DNA of 57,454 nucleotides. Origin: Octopus sinensis (Eukaryota). Positions within the stretch are counted from its first letter, which is position 1. Each line of letters starts with the position of its first letter. The position numbers and the translations under genes are program-made. Under the pieces are notes generated by a model. That model made no database searches and was not told the origin of the DNA. It was given only the letters and a program-made list of their open reading frames with translations. Where the stretch lies: the NCBI RefSeq assembly GCF_006345805.1, contig NW_021834416.1:1-57454 (forward strand). The letters run 5' to 3'. This document shows, piece after piece, positions 1 through 13,202 of this stretch.

Positions 1-284
1 AATGAACGATTATAGATCTGTTCGATTAGGGTTGGCTAGGAGCTACACAACAACCATAACGTGCCACGCACAACGGCCACACATAAACACGCAGTCTCTC
101 ATGTATCACACATTCATGCGCGCGCACACACAAACAAATACTGTGAATGTCAAGGTCACCTTAGCCATAAATCTGTACCTTAGCAGCCATATTTTAAATT
201 GGTTTAACACTGTAATGGTCGTATCGCTGCCTGTGGCATTGTTCAACAAATATCAAGTCGTGAAGTGATGGAATGAGAATAGGC

Positions 285-285
285 T

Positions 286-340
<55 letters not shown>

Positions 341-540
341 CAGTAGCGGCAGCAGCAGCACATGGTGTTGTTATTCTTACAGTACCCCTGCTAACACTTA
401 ATTCTATTATGCAGTGATATATACAAATAACAGAGTTACACACATGTATAAGTATTATGTTTATATACGTATATATCATATATACATACATATATATCAT
501 ACATACATACATATATATCATACATACATACATATCATAC

Positions 541-573
<33 letters not shown>

Positions 574-935
574 CGCATTTAGGTATATATTGTTAATAAC
601 ATATATGAATACGCTAGCACATATATACTCACATGCATATAATATATAAGGTAATATTATATATATTATGTGATATATATTACATATATGATATACATAT
701 ATATACCTAAAAAGCGGTGTATATATGTGTATATATGCCTTGCATAATACGTACATACATATACACAAATACGTATATATATATATATATAACATGAGTC
801 GGTGTATGTGTGAATAGTGAATATGCATACACATATGTATATATGCATGTATGTATATATGCATGTATGTATGTATGTATTATGTATGTATGTATGTATG
901 TATATATATGTTGTATGTATGTATGTATGTATAAA
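285..935. repeat. (GTA)n followed by (TA)n/(CATA)n compound microsatellite
   Basis: Directly visible simple repeats; source of the YI/MYV ORFs. Confidence 0.95.
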
Positions 936-1059
936 TTCATATCTTACACTGACATCAGTAACCAGACATCAGACAACTAAAACATTTGTTATTCGATCAA
1001 CCATAAATGATGCTTTATCACCCATCCCAATATGTTATTTCAATAGAATTACAATGGTC

Positions 1060-1234
1060 TCCACCACCACACCACGGACATCATCACCTCTGCCACTATC
1101 GCTACCACCAACACCACCACCACCACCACCGCTGCCGCCGCCGCCACCACCACCAGCACCAACACCACTACTACTACTACCACTACTACTTAGTAGTAGT
1201 AGTAGATGTAGTAGTAGTAGTAGTAGTGGTAGTA

Positions 1235-1305
<71 letters not shown>

Positions 1306-1310
1306 CAATA
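1060..1310. repeat. (CCA)n-(CTA/GTA)n-(AAT)n compound trinucleotide repeat
   Basis: Directly visible. Confidence 0.95.
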
Positions 1311-1429
1311 GTTTTCCTAAGAATAGCAAATGAAACCTTTCCCCTCGCGTACCTATTTTTCATACAACCGACAGTAATCGAAACATCACAGTAAAATGGC
1401 CGACCTTTATATACAAAATGACTTCCATT

Positions 1430-1810
1430 TAAACAAGTTTTAGCTCCGCATTTCCACTTTTCCGCAAGCCCACAGTTCTACAATTTCACAGCTCTATACC
1501 TTCACGCTTCCACAACTCTATATGTCCATTCAGCCACACTTCCGCTTTTCTGCACACCAACACAACTTCTCATCTCTTTATCTCTATAACCCACATATCT
1601 ATACATTCATGTCACCAAGTCTTCATATTTCCACATCTTCCACACCTCTACAATTTCACAGCTCCATAACTCCATCTCTTTGTGCACCTCCACAGCTTCA
1701 TATTTCCACATTTCCACACCTTCCATACATCCACGATTTCACAGTTTTATAAAACCGCATATCCACGTACCTGCAACTTCATACTTCCAAATGTCCACAT
1801 CTCTCACATA
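1430..1810. repeat. Degenerate C/T/A-rich low-complexity repeat (TTCCACA/CTCCACAGCT-like units)
   Basis: Recurring ttccacatct/ttcacagctc words, almost no G on + strand. Confidence 0.6.
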
Positions 1811-1846
1811 TCATGCAGAATTCACTTTTTTTAAAATCTGCCAGGC

Positions 1847-1978
1847 GTAGGAGTGGCTGTGTGGTAAGTAGCTTGCTTGCCAAACCACATGGTCCCGGGT
1901 TCAGTCCCACTGCGTGGCACAGGGCTTTGATCGGCCCGAGGCTATAGTAGAAGACACTCGCCCAAGGTGCCATGCAGT
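1847..1978 (+). mobile_element. Family B tRNA-derived SINE head with internal inversion
   Basis: 1847-1920 matches the head of the copy at 7597; 1921-1978 is the reverse complement of the following family-B segment. Confidence 0.85.
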
Positions 1979-2274
1979 ATGCAACTTACTAATTTAGACA
2001 GGCAGAGGTTATTGTAGTAGTGATAAGTTAAGAGAGAAAGGGAAGGGAGGAGAGGGAGAGAGAGAGATGAAGACAGTCAGTGCGTGTGTTAAAGAGAGGC
2101 TGGACTGCATTGGTAAGTAAGTCGTTGCTAATTAATGAAATCACCTCACGGCACACGCTAATGCACACATTTCACATCATATAAGTGCGTAGTGTATGTG
2201 TATGTATGTGTGTGTGTATTCAAAAATACACAAGCACAGGCACACGGGTGCGCGCGCACACACACTCTCTCACA

Positions 2275-2608
2275 CACATACACTAACACATACACACACA
2301 TACACTAACACATACACTCACATACACTAACACATACACATACATACACACACATACACTCACATACACTAACACATACACACACATACACTAACACATA
2401 CACTCACATACACTAACACATACACACACATACACTAACACATACACTCACATACACTAACACATACACACACATACACACACATACACTCACATACACT
2501 AACACACACACACACATACACTAACACATACACTCACATACACTAACACATACACACACATACACACACATACACTCACATACACTAACACATACACACA
2601 TACACTAA
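2275..2608. repeat. 22-bp minisatellite (CACATACACTAACACATACACA/CT variants)
   Basis: About 15 near-identical tandem units. Confidence 0.9.
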
Positions 2609-2917
2609 ATCTAATTCTTTCCAAGACACACCATCACTTCGTCTCTCAAGTTTTGAGACGAACCACGATCAAAGATTTTTCTTAGCCCCTTGGAAAAAGC
2701 AGCTAAATCGCTTCAAATTAGAAACCATCGTCTTAAAAAGATGAAGAACACACTAGATAACATAGTTCTCGAGTCCTCCCAAAACACTTAGGGTTACAAT
2801 GTTTCTGATCATAGATAGAAACAACAGGAACATTCTAGTGACAAACGATGTAACCTGTTATATATATATATGAGGTGATTAATGAAGAAAAATATGTACC
2901 AGTAACATCCTGAGGGA

Positions 2918-3237
2918 GTGGAGGCGCAATGGCCCAGTGGTTAGGGTAGCGGACTCGCGGTCGGAGGATCGCGATTTCGATTCCCAGACCGGGCGTTGTG
3001 TGTGTTTATAGAGCGAAAACACCTAAAAGCTCCACGGGGCTCCGGCAGGGGGTGGGTGGCAACCCCTGTTGTACTCTTTCGCCCCAACTTTCTCTCACTC
3101 TTTCTTCCTGTTTCTTGAGTAACGCTGCGATGGACTGGCGTCCCGTCCAGCTGGGGGGAACACATACGCCACAGAAACAAGGGAATCGGGCACATGAGCC
3201 TGGCTAGGCTTGAAAAGGGCGCATAAATAAAAATTAA
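2918..3237 (+). mobile_element. Family C tRNA-derived SINE (Meta-domain-like 3' part), full length
   Basis: tRNA-like head (TGGCCCAGTGGTTAGG ... TTCGATTCC); 3' block GCGATGGACTGGCGTCCCGTCCAG; A-rich tail; TSD AACATCCTGA(G/A)GGA at 2904-2917 and 3238-3251. Confidence 0.9.
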
Positions 3238-3514
3238 AACATCCTGAAGGAATTTGTTCGAAACGATTATATCGCATCTAAAAGAGTTAAATCAACATAA
3301 AGTGATGCAAAACGAGGGACTTAGGGGGGGGGGGTAGGATTTTTAACAAAGGCATAAATCCGAAAATTTTGTAGGATATAAAGAAGTGTATTATGAAGAA
3401 CATCAGTATCTAACTAGTATTAAAGATATCGATTAGTATTTAAGATAACGAAAAGCAAAGTCAGATCTGGTGGAATTTGAAATTAGAAAGGCAAAGAAGC
3501 ACAACTAAACACAA

Positions 3515-3735
3515 AGCGACGTTTAATCCGGCTCTCTATCAATTCTTTCTCACACCGTGTTACAATCTAACCCGGCTCTGCATCGATTCTGTTGTCCATT
3601 GACGCCATTTAATCCACCGGTTCTGCATCAATTTTGCTAACCACTGACTCGTTTAATCCGGCTTTGCATCATTTCTGCTATCTTCTGACAACATTTAATC
3701 CGAATTTGTATTAAATTCTGCCATCCAACGCCAGC
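3515..3735. repeat. Degenerate ~40-bp tandem repeat (TTTAATCCGGCTCTGCATC core)
   Basis: Five to six diverged recurrences of the core. Confidence 0.7.
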
Positions 3736-3794
3736 GTTTTTTTTTTTCTGTTCCCCTACCGATATTTCCATTCACTACCCCTTGAAGTATAGTG

Positions 3795-3925
3795 GATAAC
3801 TCCTAATGTAGGTACGAGACCAGTGTCTTGAGGGGGCGGAAGATACTCGATTGCATCGACCTGAGTGGTACTTTATTTTATCAATCATGGCGGAATAGAA
3901 GGCTAAATCAACATCAGTAGGACTT
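3795..3925 (-). mobile_element. Family A SINE, degenerate fragment
   Basis: Diverged match to atcgacc..tggtact..tttatcga..gaaaggcaaagtc..actcagaac. Confidence 0.5.
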
Positions 3926-3944
3926 GTACTCAGAACCTAAAGAT

Positions 3945-3984
<40 letters not shown>

Positions 3985-3996
3985 TTGTTGTTGTTG

Positions 3997-4298
3997 TTTG
4001 TTCCTTCTCGAGCCATGTCTGGCTCATAGGGGCCTGTTTCCCGGTTTCCTTGGCGTATAGGTTCCCCACCTGGACGGGACGCCAGTCCGTCGCAGGTCAG
4101 CTGTAAGACGCAGGAGGAAGGAGTAAGAGAAAGTTGTGGTAAAAGAGTCAGCAGAAGTTTTGCCATTACCTTCTGCCGGAGCCGTGTGGAACTTAGGTGT
4201 TTCGCTCATAAACACACACACCGCCCGGTCTGAGATTCGAATCCACGATCCCTCGACTGCGAGTCCGCTGCTCTAACCACTAACCCATGTGCCTCCAC
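3997..4298 (-). mobile_element. Family C SINE, full length
   Basis: Reverse complement of the 2918 element architecture. Confidence 0.88.
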
Positions 4299-4489
4299 AC
4301 AGTAGTAGTAGTAGTAGTGACGGTGATGGTAGTGGTAGTAGTGGTGGTGGTGGTGGTGGTGGTGGTGGTGGTGGTTGTGGTGGTGGTGGTTGTGGTGGTG
4401 GTGACCCTTTCTAATTTTAGAACACTGTCACCGATTTGAAGGGAGGGGCCAAATCATTTACTTCAACCCCAGTCCTTGACTGGAACTTT

Positions 4490-5640
4490 ATTCTCTATCG
4501 TCTGTCATTTTACGTTCTAAAATTCTACAAGTACCGTGATTCTGTTTTGTCTGCTCCTCTCTTATTATGCGGTGTTCTTTCTACCACTCTGCTATTATTA
4601 TTTATCATCTGTCACTACTGCTATCAACCATCTGTCACTTTAACTAACACTCCGTAATTAATACCAGTCATTGTCACTCAATTCTATCCCCCACCCTGTT
4701 CTATCTGCCACTCTAATATTGTATTTTAATATTTTATTTGCTACGCTGTGCTATTATAGATTATTTTATCTATAGTTCTACTTATTATTATCAACCATCC
4801 GGTTATCTATTCAATGCCCTACTCAGTCAACCGCTCAGTTATTTCTATCTCTTATCTATCACTTTAGTATGTCAAAATATTCCATCTCATTCTATCACCC
4901 TAATAGCACCGTCAACCTTATCCGTCCCTCTATTCTATCTGGGATTCTATAAATTATTCTGTCTATCATTTAACTATTAACTGCCACTGATCTGTTACCC
5001 TATTCTATCCACAACTCTGTCACTTTAGTACGACAAATATTCTAGCTACCACTCTAACCGGTAATTGTATATGCTACCCTTATATTGACTTCAAATTTTG
5101 GCACAGGGCCAGAAATTTCGGGAGAAGCGGTTTAGTCGATTATATCGACCCCAGTGGTTAACTGGTACTTATTTTATGGACCCCGAAAGAACGAAAGGCA
5201 AAGTCGACCTCAGCAGAATTCGAACCCAGGACATAAAGACAGACGGAATACCGTCAAGCCACCCTAATATTTCTGTCATTTATCCGTCACTCTATTATAT
5301 TACTCTATTCTATCGATTTTGTCAATCACTCTACTATTATTATCAATCGTTTGTCACTTTATACTGTCCATCACTCTATTCTGTCAACCACTATACTATT
5401 ACAAAGTACTCTATCTGCTACAATCCTATAACAAGTAATTCTATCTACTACGATACTATTACAAGCTATTTTATCAACCTCTTCACAATCAGAAAATATT
5501 CTACAACACTACAAGCTATTTTGTCTCACTACTCTATCACAGCAATATATCTTATCACTCTACTATTACAACGTACTCTATCTGCCACGCTACTATTACA
5601 GCCTATCAACTGCCGCTCTATAAGAGAAGTGCTGTTTCCG
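4490..5640. repeat. Degenerate TATTCTATC/CTGTCACT low-complexity array, interrupted by a SINE
   Basis: Recurring words on both sides of the 5082-5260 SINE. Confidence 0.6.
5082..5260 (-). mobile_element. Family A SINE (Nin/Deu-like core), 5' truncated
   Basis: Matches family A consensus GTCGACTTTGCCTTTCATCCTTTCGGGGTCGAT-AAATAAGTACCAG on the - strand. Confidence 0.8.
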
Positions 5641-5717
5641 TTTATGATACTTGTGAAAGCAGGAGATATTATTTCGTAAATTTTTCTCTCTCTCACCTTG
5701 GCAATAACCTTGAATCG

Positions 5718-5782
<65 letters not shown>

Positions 5783-5787
<5 letters not shown>

Positions 5788-6296
5788 CAACAATTGAGGG
5801 TAAAATTAATTAATTAATCAATTTCACCAAGTATTCAGTATGCAAAGGACCATTTAAGCGAATTCAAATTATTACATTATATAAAAGGGCTTAGTAAAAT
5901 AAATTACTTTGCCGCATACTGAACTCATTAGAAATAGCAGCCAAAAAAACTTTTCTAAAACTATTTCTAATACTTAAAGAAAACCTCTCTCATATAGTGT
6001 TTGCTCAATTCAACTCACGGAAGTATGGGGGTAGAGACATTAAAAAATCAAATGCAAAGGTTATTTGTATATATGTATATAAACAAGAAATTTTTACTAC
6101 CAGGAATTAGATGGTAAATGTTTTTATTTTTCATTCCCTTCGAGAATTTATCCCAAATTAGTTGTTTGAACTTTAACTGTTCTTTCTAGCGTAAAGGATT
6201 CCTATGATGGAAACGTAATGTGTTTAAATGTACACTGTATTTCGTATGAATAATATATAGTCCATTGACTAATTTTTTTTGTACGCTGGGCCACTG
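5783..6296. mobile_element. Unclassified AT-rich repeat-like segment bounded by (TA)n on both sides
   Basis: Sharp (TA)n boundaries like the Penelope-type pieces; its 6260-6296 end weakly resembles 26450-26480; family not assigned. Confidence 0.35.
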
Positions 6297-6314
6297 ATAT
6301 ATATATATATATAG

Positions 6315-6382
<68 letters not shown>

Positions 6383-7077
6383 TATATATATATATATATA
6401 TACAGACAAACCACATACATACGGAAATGCATACACTCGCATGTACACATACAGATATACACCCAAGAACCCATATACATCCACATGCACATGCATATAA
6501 ATGAAACACCTGTGTCAAACACCTGTAAATACAAAACACAGGTTACAACGCATACAGATGTACAAATAGACATGTTTGAGTCTAGGTAAACATGTGCGTG
6601 TGTGAGTGTGTGTATGTACGCGTAAGTGTTTCTGTGTGTGTGTGTGTGTGTGTGTGTGAGTGTGTGTATATGACTAGAAGGAGCTTCTGTATAGTGGCAT
6701 CAAAATGAAGCGAAACGAATAAAAGAAAATATATAATTGAAAAGAATGTATAAAAGTTCTAAGAGCGCATACATACATGCATACCTACCATACCTACAAA
6801 CTTATATGCATACATGCATACCTGCATATAAACATACATATTTATATTTATAAGTATGCATGTATGCGTGTAAATGAATATACACATGCATACATGCATG
6901 CATATATTCCTATATACTTACACACGTTCACATACATACCTCTGCTTACTTACACGCGTATACTTTGTTGAACGAATTAAACGGTGGAATGGAATAGGTT
7001 TAATACGCACGTAAGAATGCACGAGTACGTACATGCATGCATGTCTGTCTGTCTGTCTCTGTGTGTTGTATATATAT

Positions 7078-7123
<46 letters not shown>

Positions 7124-7199
7124 CATACATACATACATACATACATAATATATTATATACGTACATATATAAATATATAAAGAGTGAGAGAGAGAGGGA

Positions 7200-7229
7200 G
7201 AAGTAATAGTAGTAGTAGTAGCAGTAGTT

Positions 7230-7264
<35 letters not shown>

Positions 7265-7265
7265 T

Positions 7266-7329
<64 letters not shown>

Positions 7330-7330
7330 C
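7200..7330. repeat. (GTA)n microsatellite
   Basis: Directly visible. Confidence 0.95.
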
Positions 7331-7503
7331 CATTTAAGAGACATCTTATTGAATTTTGGCGGGATAGAGAGTTCTGATGATGCGTCACATGTATTCACAC
7401 CAATTGCCAATTTACAACTTGCACGTGTATACAATCTTTCGCATTTATACACGCACATTCGTTTATACATTCATACATGCGTGCAAACACAAACACACAC
7501 ACA

Positions 7504-7535
<32 letters not shown>

Positions 7536-7596
7536 TATGCACATATGTATGTCTATAAAGATGTGTGAATATGTACACACACGTATAAATGTATGC

Positions 7597-7762
7597 AGGA
7601 GTGGCTGTGTGGTAAGTAGCTTGCTTACCAGCCACATGGTTCCGGGTTCAGTCCCACTGCGTGGCACCTTGGGCAAGTGTCTTCTGCTATAGCCTCGGGC
7701 CGACCAAAGCCTTGTGAGTGGATTTGGTAGACGGAAACTGAAAGAAGCCCATCGTATATATG

Positions 7763-7794
<32 letters not shown>

Positions 7795-7995
7795 CGTGTG
7801 TGTTTGTCCCCGTAGCATTGCTTGACAACCGATGCTGGTGTGTTTATGTCCCCGTCACTTAGCGGTTCGGCAAAAGAGACCGATAGAATAAGTACTGGGC
7901 TTACAAAGAATAAGTCCCGGGGTCGAGTTGCTCGACTAAAGGCGGTGCTCCAGCACGGCCGCAGTCAACTGACTGAAACAAGTAAAAGAGTAAAG
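7597..7995 (+). mobile_element. Family B SINE, full length, with internal (TA)n(TG)n
   Basis: tRNA-like head TGGCTGTGTGGTAAG ... GGGTTCAGTCC, CORE-like CCTTGGGCAAGTGTCTT, internal microsatellite, tail GAAACAAGTAAAAGAGTAAA. Confidence 0.92.
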
Positions 7996-8384
7996 CGTAT
8001 TCGACAGAATTCTACTCGATTTCTGTCCACTAAATTCAGCCATAAGGAATTGGTCGGCCTCGTTTTATAGCAGAAGACATTTGGCCAAGGAGCATTGGTT
8101 CGGCACACGCGAGCGTGCACACGTATATATGAGGATGAAACACGGAGGAAGGAACGTAAAATAGGAGAGGTTAGCGAAAGGCATATGATAAACTTACAGG
8201 GTGGGATGTTTATAATAACTGTACATTGTTAACATCACTGACATATATAGAAAATGTGGATTTTTCACAATGAGGCTAAATATGTGTTTACTAGAAAACC
8301 TCAATTCCGCTAGTTTGCCCTACGTTCTTAGTTTTCCAATCATCATCTTGAGCTTTATATTTAATTATCTCTCTGTCCGTCTGG

Positions 8385-8477
8385 CTGGCTATCTATCTTT
8401 TATCTATTGTTTTGTTTGTCTATGAATCCATCCATCTATCGATCTATTTATTTATCTGTCTATCTATTATCTATCTT

Positions 8478-8513
<36 letters not shown>

Positions 8514-8576
8514 CCTATCTATCTAACCATCCATCCATCTATCTATCTATCTATCTATCTATCTAACCATCCATCC

Positions 8577-8640
<64 letters not shown>

Positions 8641-8662
8641 GTCTGTCTGTCTGTCTGTCTGT
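8385..8662. repeat. (TCTA)n/(TCCA)n/(TCTG)n tetranucleotide array
   Basis: Directly visible. Confidence 0.95.
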
Positions 8663-9108
8663 GTGCCATCCTTAGAGAAAGATAATCGGTTTTGTAGACA
8701 TCAAGAACATCATATTTTCTTATCATTGTCATCTGAAAATATATTTGCCATCAGTCAATTTGGAAAGGTCAGCTGGTTTGTACCAGAGGAATTAATATTC
8801 ACAAGTTTTGTGCATCAGCTCTTCATTTTCAATCAATCTGTTTCAAATGGTCTGTCATAATTCAACATAACATAAAAAATTGATCGACATTTCGTCTTTC
8901 TTCAGTTAAAGCATCACAAGTGTAAAGACGATATCTGGTCCGTCTGTGCTGACCATTTACAGACAGATCAGTGGAAACATGTGAGTTACAATGAGGCAAT
9001 AATAACAACTGGTCAGTTTGATCTGATCAGTTACAACTTGATGCTCACCACTGGCCAGTCACAATGAGGCAACACTAACTGTTTCTTTGAAAATTTGAAC
9101 TGATTCTA

Positions 9109-9606
9109 TTGGGTTGCCCGGAAAGTTCGTGCCGATTTATAGTAGCTTATCTTTCGACTTAATTTAGAACATGGTTGAGTCCATAAAATATCATTTGACT
9201 ACACCTCCATTTACAGTACAGTTTAAGCTATCTTTTCGTGGAAGAAGGTTTATGTTCCTATAACCTGTGTTAATTCTGTAACCCTTTAAATTGGAAGATG
9301 AGAAAGTTCATTTTCGGCACTTGATGATTTGGGAACCAGACAAAAATTGCTGTAGCTCGGCTGGGATGTGTTACCCCACCCTCCATATTCACCAGATATT
9401 GCTCCTTCGGATTTCCACTTATTCAGGTCTCTGCAGAATAGTCTTAATGGTAAATATTTCAATTCCTTGGATGACGTAAAAAGATACCTTAAGGAATTCT
9501 TTGCCATGAAACCACCTCAATTCTGGGAAGAGGGCATTTTCAAGTTAAAGGAAAGATGGAGACGCATTGTGTAATAAAATGCTTCATATTTGGTTGATTA
9601 AAAATG
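9109..9606 (+). mobile_element. Internally deleted mariner transposon (mellifera-like), transposase pseudogene
   Basis: TA + TIR TTGGGTTGCCCGGAAAGTTCGTGCCGATTT; N-terminus (M)EDEKVHFRHLM fused at ~9327 to C-terminus [36 protein letters not shown]...WRRIV**NASYLVD*; no 3' TIR found. Confidence 0.93.
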
Positions 9607-10109
9607 AACTGGAGCTGTGAGTTCTCAAAAGTTTCGCTTCGTACAATATTTAATGTAAATACTTCGGGTTAATTCATGCTGATTATTTTTAAACGGAATG
9701 AAATGGTGTTACACATGATTACCTGAGACTAGAAAGTTTAAGATCTTTCTCACAAGAGAGCAAACGCAAAAATCAATAAACCAATATGTGCGTCCTATAC
9801 ATCTTTTCCCTTATAATTCCTTAACGTCAGATTCAAACTTGTAATCCCGACTCCACGTACTGATTTATACAAACACACACATACACATATACATACATAC
9901 ACACACTTACACACACCTATATATATATATATATAAATATATATATATATATCTATATATATATAATCAGCGTGGTGTATACAATTGGTGTGTTGACATC
10001 AGAGCACTTAGGCTCTTATTTCTAGCATTGTAGATGACCTAACACTCTCTGTCATATTTAACGAGTTATAAGCTTTCCTTTTTGCTAATACATTGCTAAA
10101 CAGATGGCC

Positions 10110-10162
<53 letters not shown>

Positions 10163-10824
10163 ATATATATACACACGCACACATACACAGACATATACAT
10201 GGGTGAGTGAACAAACGAACGAAACTAGCATTCAACATATTTGGTAGCTGTTACATGTGCTTAATAATGTAGCGTAGTTTGACATATCTTAAAGATTCGC
10301 GTGTCAGGATACGTACACGTCGCTAAATGTGCGGAGAAGGAGTCGAGAGTTTGAAAGAAATTCTAAGTGGCTTTACACATGCACACATACATACATACAT
10401 ACATACATACATACATACATACAAACACGCACATATACACACCCATACGCATCTACACAGAAGCATAAAAATGGCGCTCACTTACCTCTGCTAGTATGGT
10501 AGCTTTACACCTTAGAACGAGTACTGTTAAATATTCCTGTGAAAATAACAAAACAAAAATGCAAACAATAATAATAATAATGATGACGGTGATGATGATG
10601 ATGACGTCACTAACAACAATAACAACGCCGACAAGGATGGCGAAGTCAATACAATAGCAATAATAATATTAATATAACATTTTCTTTCTTTTTTTATCAA
10701 AAGTGAAGAGAAATTACAAACAGTGGGGTTTCTATGCAGAATCAAATGTGAAAAAAGCAGACATGAAAAACGAATTTATTCAAAAAGATATTAAATTAGG
10801 TGTCCCTACAAAATGGCAGAAGTT

Positions 10825-11050
10825 TACTGGTTCGGGTGTTGTACTCATGATTGTAAGATGCTGGTTTCGATTCCTGAACCCAGCGATGTGTTGTGTTCTG
10901 GAGCAAAACACTTCATTTCACCTTGCTCCAATCCACTCTGCAGCAAAACCGAGTAATCCAGTAACGGACCGTCCAGTGAAGGGGAGGGAATAAGGACGTT
11001 ACAGAACCAGGAAACCGGCCTTGTGAAGCTATGGGTTGGGAAGGACCTTT
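10825..11050 (+). mobile_element. Family D CORE-type SINE, degenerate
   Basis: TTCGATTCC B box, GAGCAAAACACTTCATTTCAC..TCCACTC block shared with the 49373 copy. Confidence 0.7.
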
Positions 11051-12276
11051 GATCGTTTTGATAGGAAGTCAACCACCGAAAGCCAACCAAAGAAACTCGC
11101 TGTTTCAATATGAACCTGGCCACAAAGGGCAACTAACTCCTCTTTCAGCTTTTATCTACGCTATACAGACCCATACTGAGAGTATGACTATTCACTTGGG
11201 ACATTCTCGTCCCTCTCACCTACCATTCTACAAATGATAAACGTGAGTGAGTCTAACAAGACTGGACCTTCTATGCCCTTCCTTTCTACTCCAAATAGAA
11301 TTTAATGAGGGTGATGAAGGTGGAAAGAAATTTAAGGGGGTTTCGCCTGAAAAGAAAGTGTCTTTAGTAAGCCTTTCAATTTTGTCCCCTAAACGACTTT
11401 TGTTGCCCTGTCCACCAGACACTGTAGAACTACCGGCATTTCCTCGTCAAAGGAAGATTCATCTCAGATGCAACAAAAGCTGTTCGAGTTCGAGTTCACA
11501 TTCAGTTTACAATTCACGGACACTGAACCGGTGCGTGAAAATGGCTTTGTTGTGTTGTGTGCATATTAGACAATCCTGGTTGGTAGCGCTAATATATCAG
11601 TAGGTGTTATCCCAAACCGGGGATGCTCCAATAAAATGTCAAGTTTGGAGTTTATGGATTTTGCATATAGTTCCCGAGCCGAAAGTCCTTCAGAATATGC
11701 TTTTCAGCCAATCTTCGTCCACACCCTGAGTCTCCCTCAGAGCCTCATCGCTCTTGTCTACAACTAAATCTATAAAACGCAAGAGATTTGCCTGTTTACC
11801 ACAATGACCATGACCACGTCACCAACACCACCCACCACCATAGAGATATAAAGACATACTGCTCAGTAGGGGCGTAATAACAGAACATTTTATTGTTGTT
11901 ATACTGACTTGGTCGCTACAAGGGAACGGTCTTGTACAATACTTTCCGAGTCCAGGAAAATTTTCTATAATTTTAAGATACTTTTAATCGTTTGGATGGA
12001 GAATCAAACCATTAAAAGGATATAAAAGTTTAAAAAATCCTTATCGTTGTTGTTGCTGATATGGTAATGACCGCAGTTATTACTGCTATAGGTTGGTACA
12101 ACTGTCGTTCTTAGATATCACCGCATGGAAGCGTTCCAACCGTGACTTCCGTCTGTTCCCTAGAATCAGTATCATCCCCACTTTCACACGGACTGCGTTA
12201 GTCAATATGCCCTTCTTTACACAAGCGACAGGGTGGACATGAGAAGAATTTGTGCAATACTTTGAGAAGAATTTGC

Positions 12277-12490
12277 GCCAGCGAGCTGGCAGAAACGTTA
12301 GCACGCCGGGCGAAATGCGTAGTCGTATTTCGTCTATCGCTACGTTCTGAGTTCAAATTCCGCCGAGGTCGACTTTGCCTTTCATCCTTTCGGGGTCGAT
12401 TAAATAAGTACCAGTTACGCACTGGGGTCGATGTAATCGACTTAATCACTTTGTCTGTCCTTGTTTGTCCCCTTGTGGGCAATAAAGAAA
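12277..12490 (+). mobile_element. Family A SINE monomer
   Basis: Full head GCGAGCTGGCAGAAACGTTAGCACGCCGGG to tail AATAAAGAAATA; flanks share AAGAATTTG(T/C)GCAATACTTT. Confidence 0.92.
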
Positions 12491-12744
12491 TAAGAATTTG
12501 CGCAATACTTTAAGTAGATTCTCCTCAGGCTCTTAACCCTGTGAATAGCTGGCATGGAGCCTCCCATTGTTAGTTCGTTGTTCGGTGTACTTGCTGTTAA
12601 TTTTGATTTTGCTCCTGTTGATGTTGCTGTGCTATTATTGTTATTGTTGATAGTGACGGTGTTGTTTAGCTCCCATATAAGCCTTGATTCAGCAAACCTA
12701 TGTTCAAATGGCTATATCACCGTGACCACCGTGACCGTGACCGA

Positions 12745-13035
12745 CCAGGCTATCAGATGTTGCTACACATCGCTGGTCACAATGCGCTTCGCATTGTTTT
12801 AGCCTTCAAATGACGCCACCCCGCTGGCTAAGCGAGCAGGCCAACAGAAGAAAGAGCGAGAGAAAGTTGTGACGAAAGAGTACAGCAGGAATCGCCACCA
12901 CCCCCTGCTGGAGCCTCGTGGAGCTTTAGGTGTTTTTGCTCAATATACACTCACAATGCCCGAGTCTGGGAATCGAAGCCGTGATCCTACAACTACGAGT
13001 CCGCTGCCCAAAACACTGAGCCATTGCGCCTCCAC
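12745..13035 (-). mobile_element. Family C SINE with alternative 3' tail
   Basis: Head and middle as in the 2918 copy; different 3' region ending in GGTCAC repeats. Confidence 0.82.
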
Positions 13036-13202
13036 CAAATGGCTTTATATTATAAGTTATAGCACCTGAGATCCATTGATTCAAATAAACAATGCCACCA
13101 TGTAATGGTCCGTTGTATAGCATGCAGTGCAACTATCTGGACATCTTACATTTCCACCACTGACCATTCTGTTTCTCCATGCTTGCTGCTACTTTTGTAG
13201 TC

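Noticed and set aside
2275-2608. Regular 22-bp array as a possible CRISPR
   Set aside because: No unique spacers, CA-derived unit, eukaryotic context, no cas genes.
2918-2990. tRNA genes (here and at other SINE heads)
   Set aside because: A/B-box-like heads run directly into SINE bodies and I could not fold complete cloverleaves.
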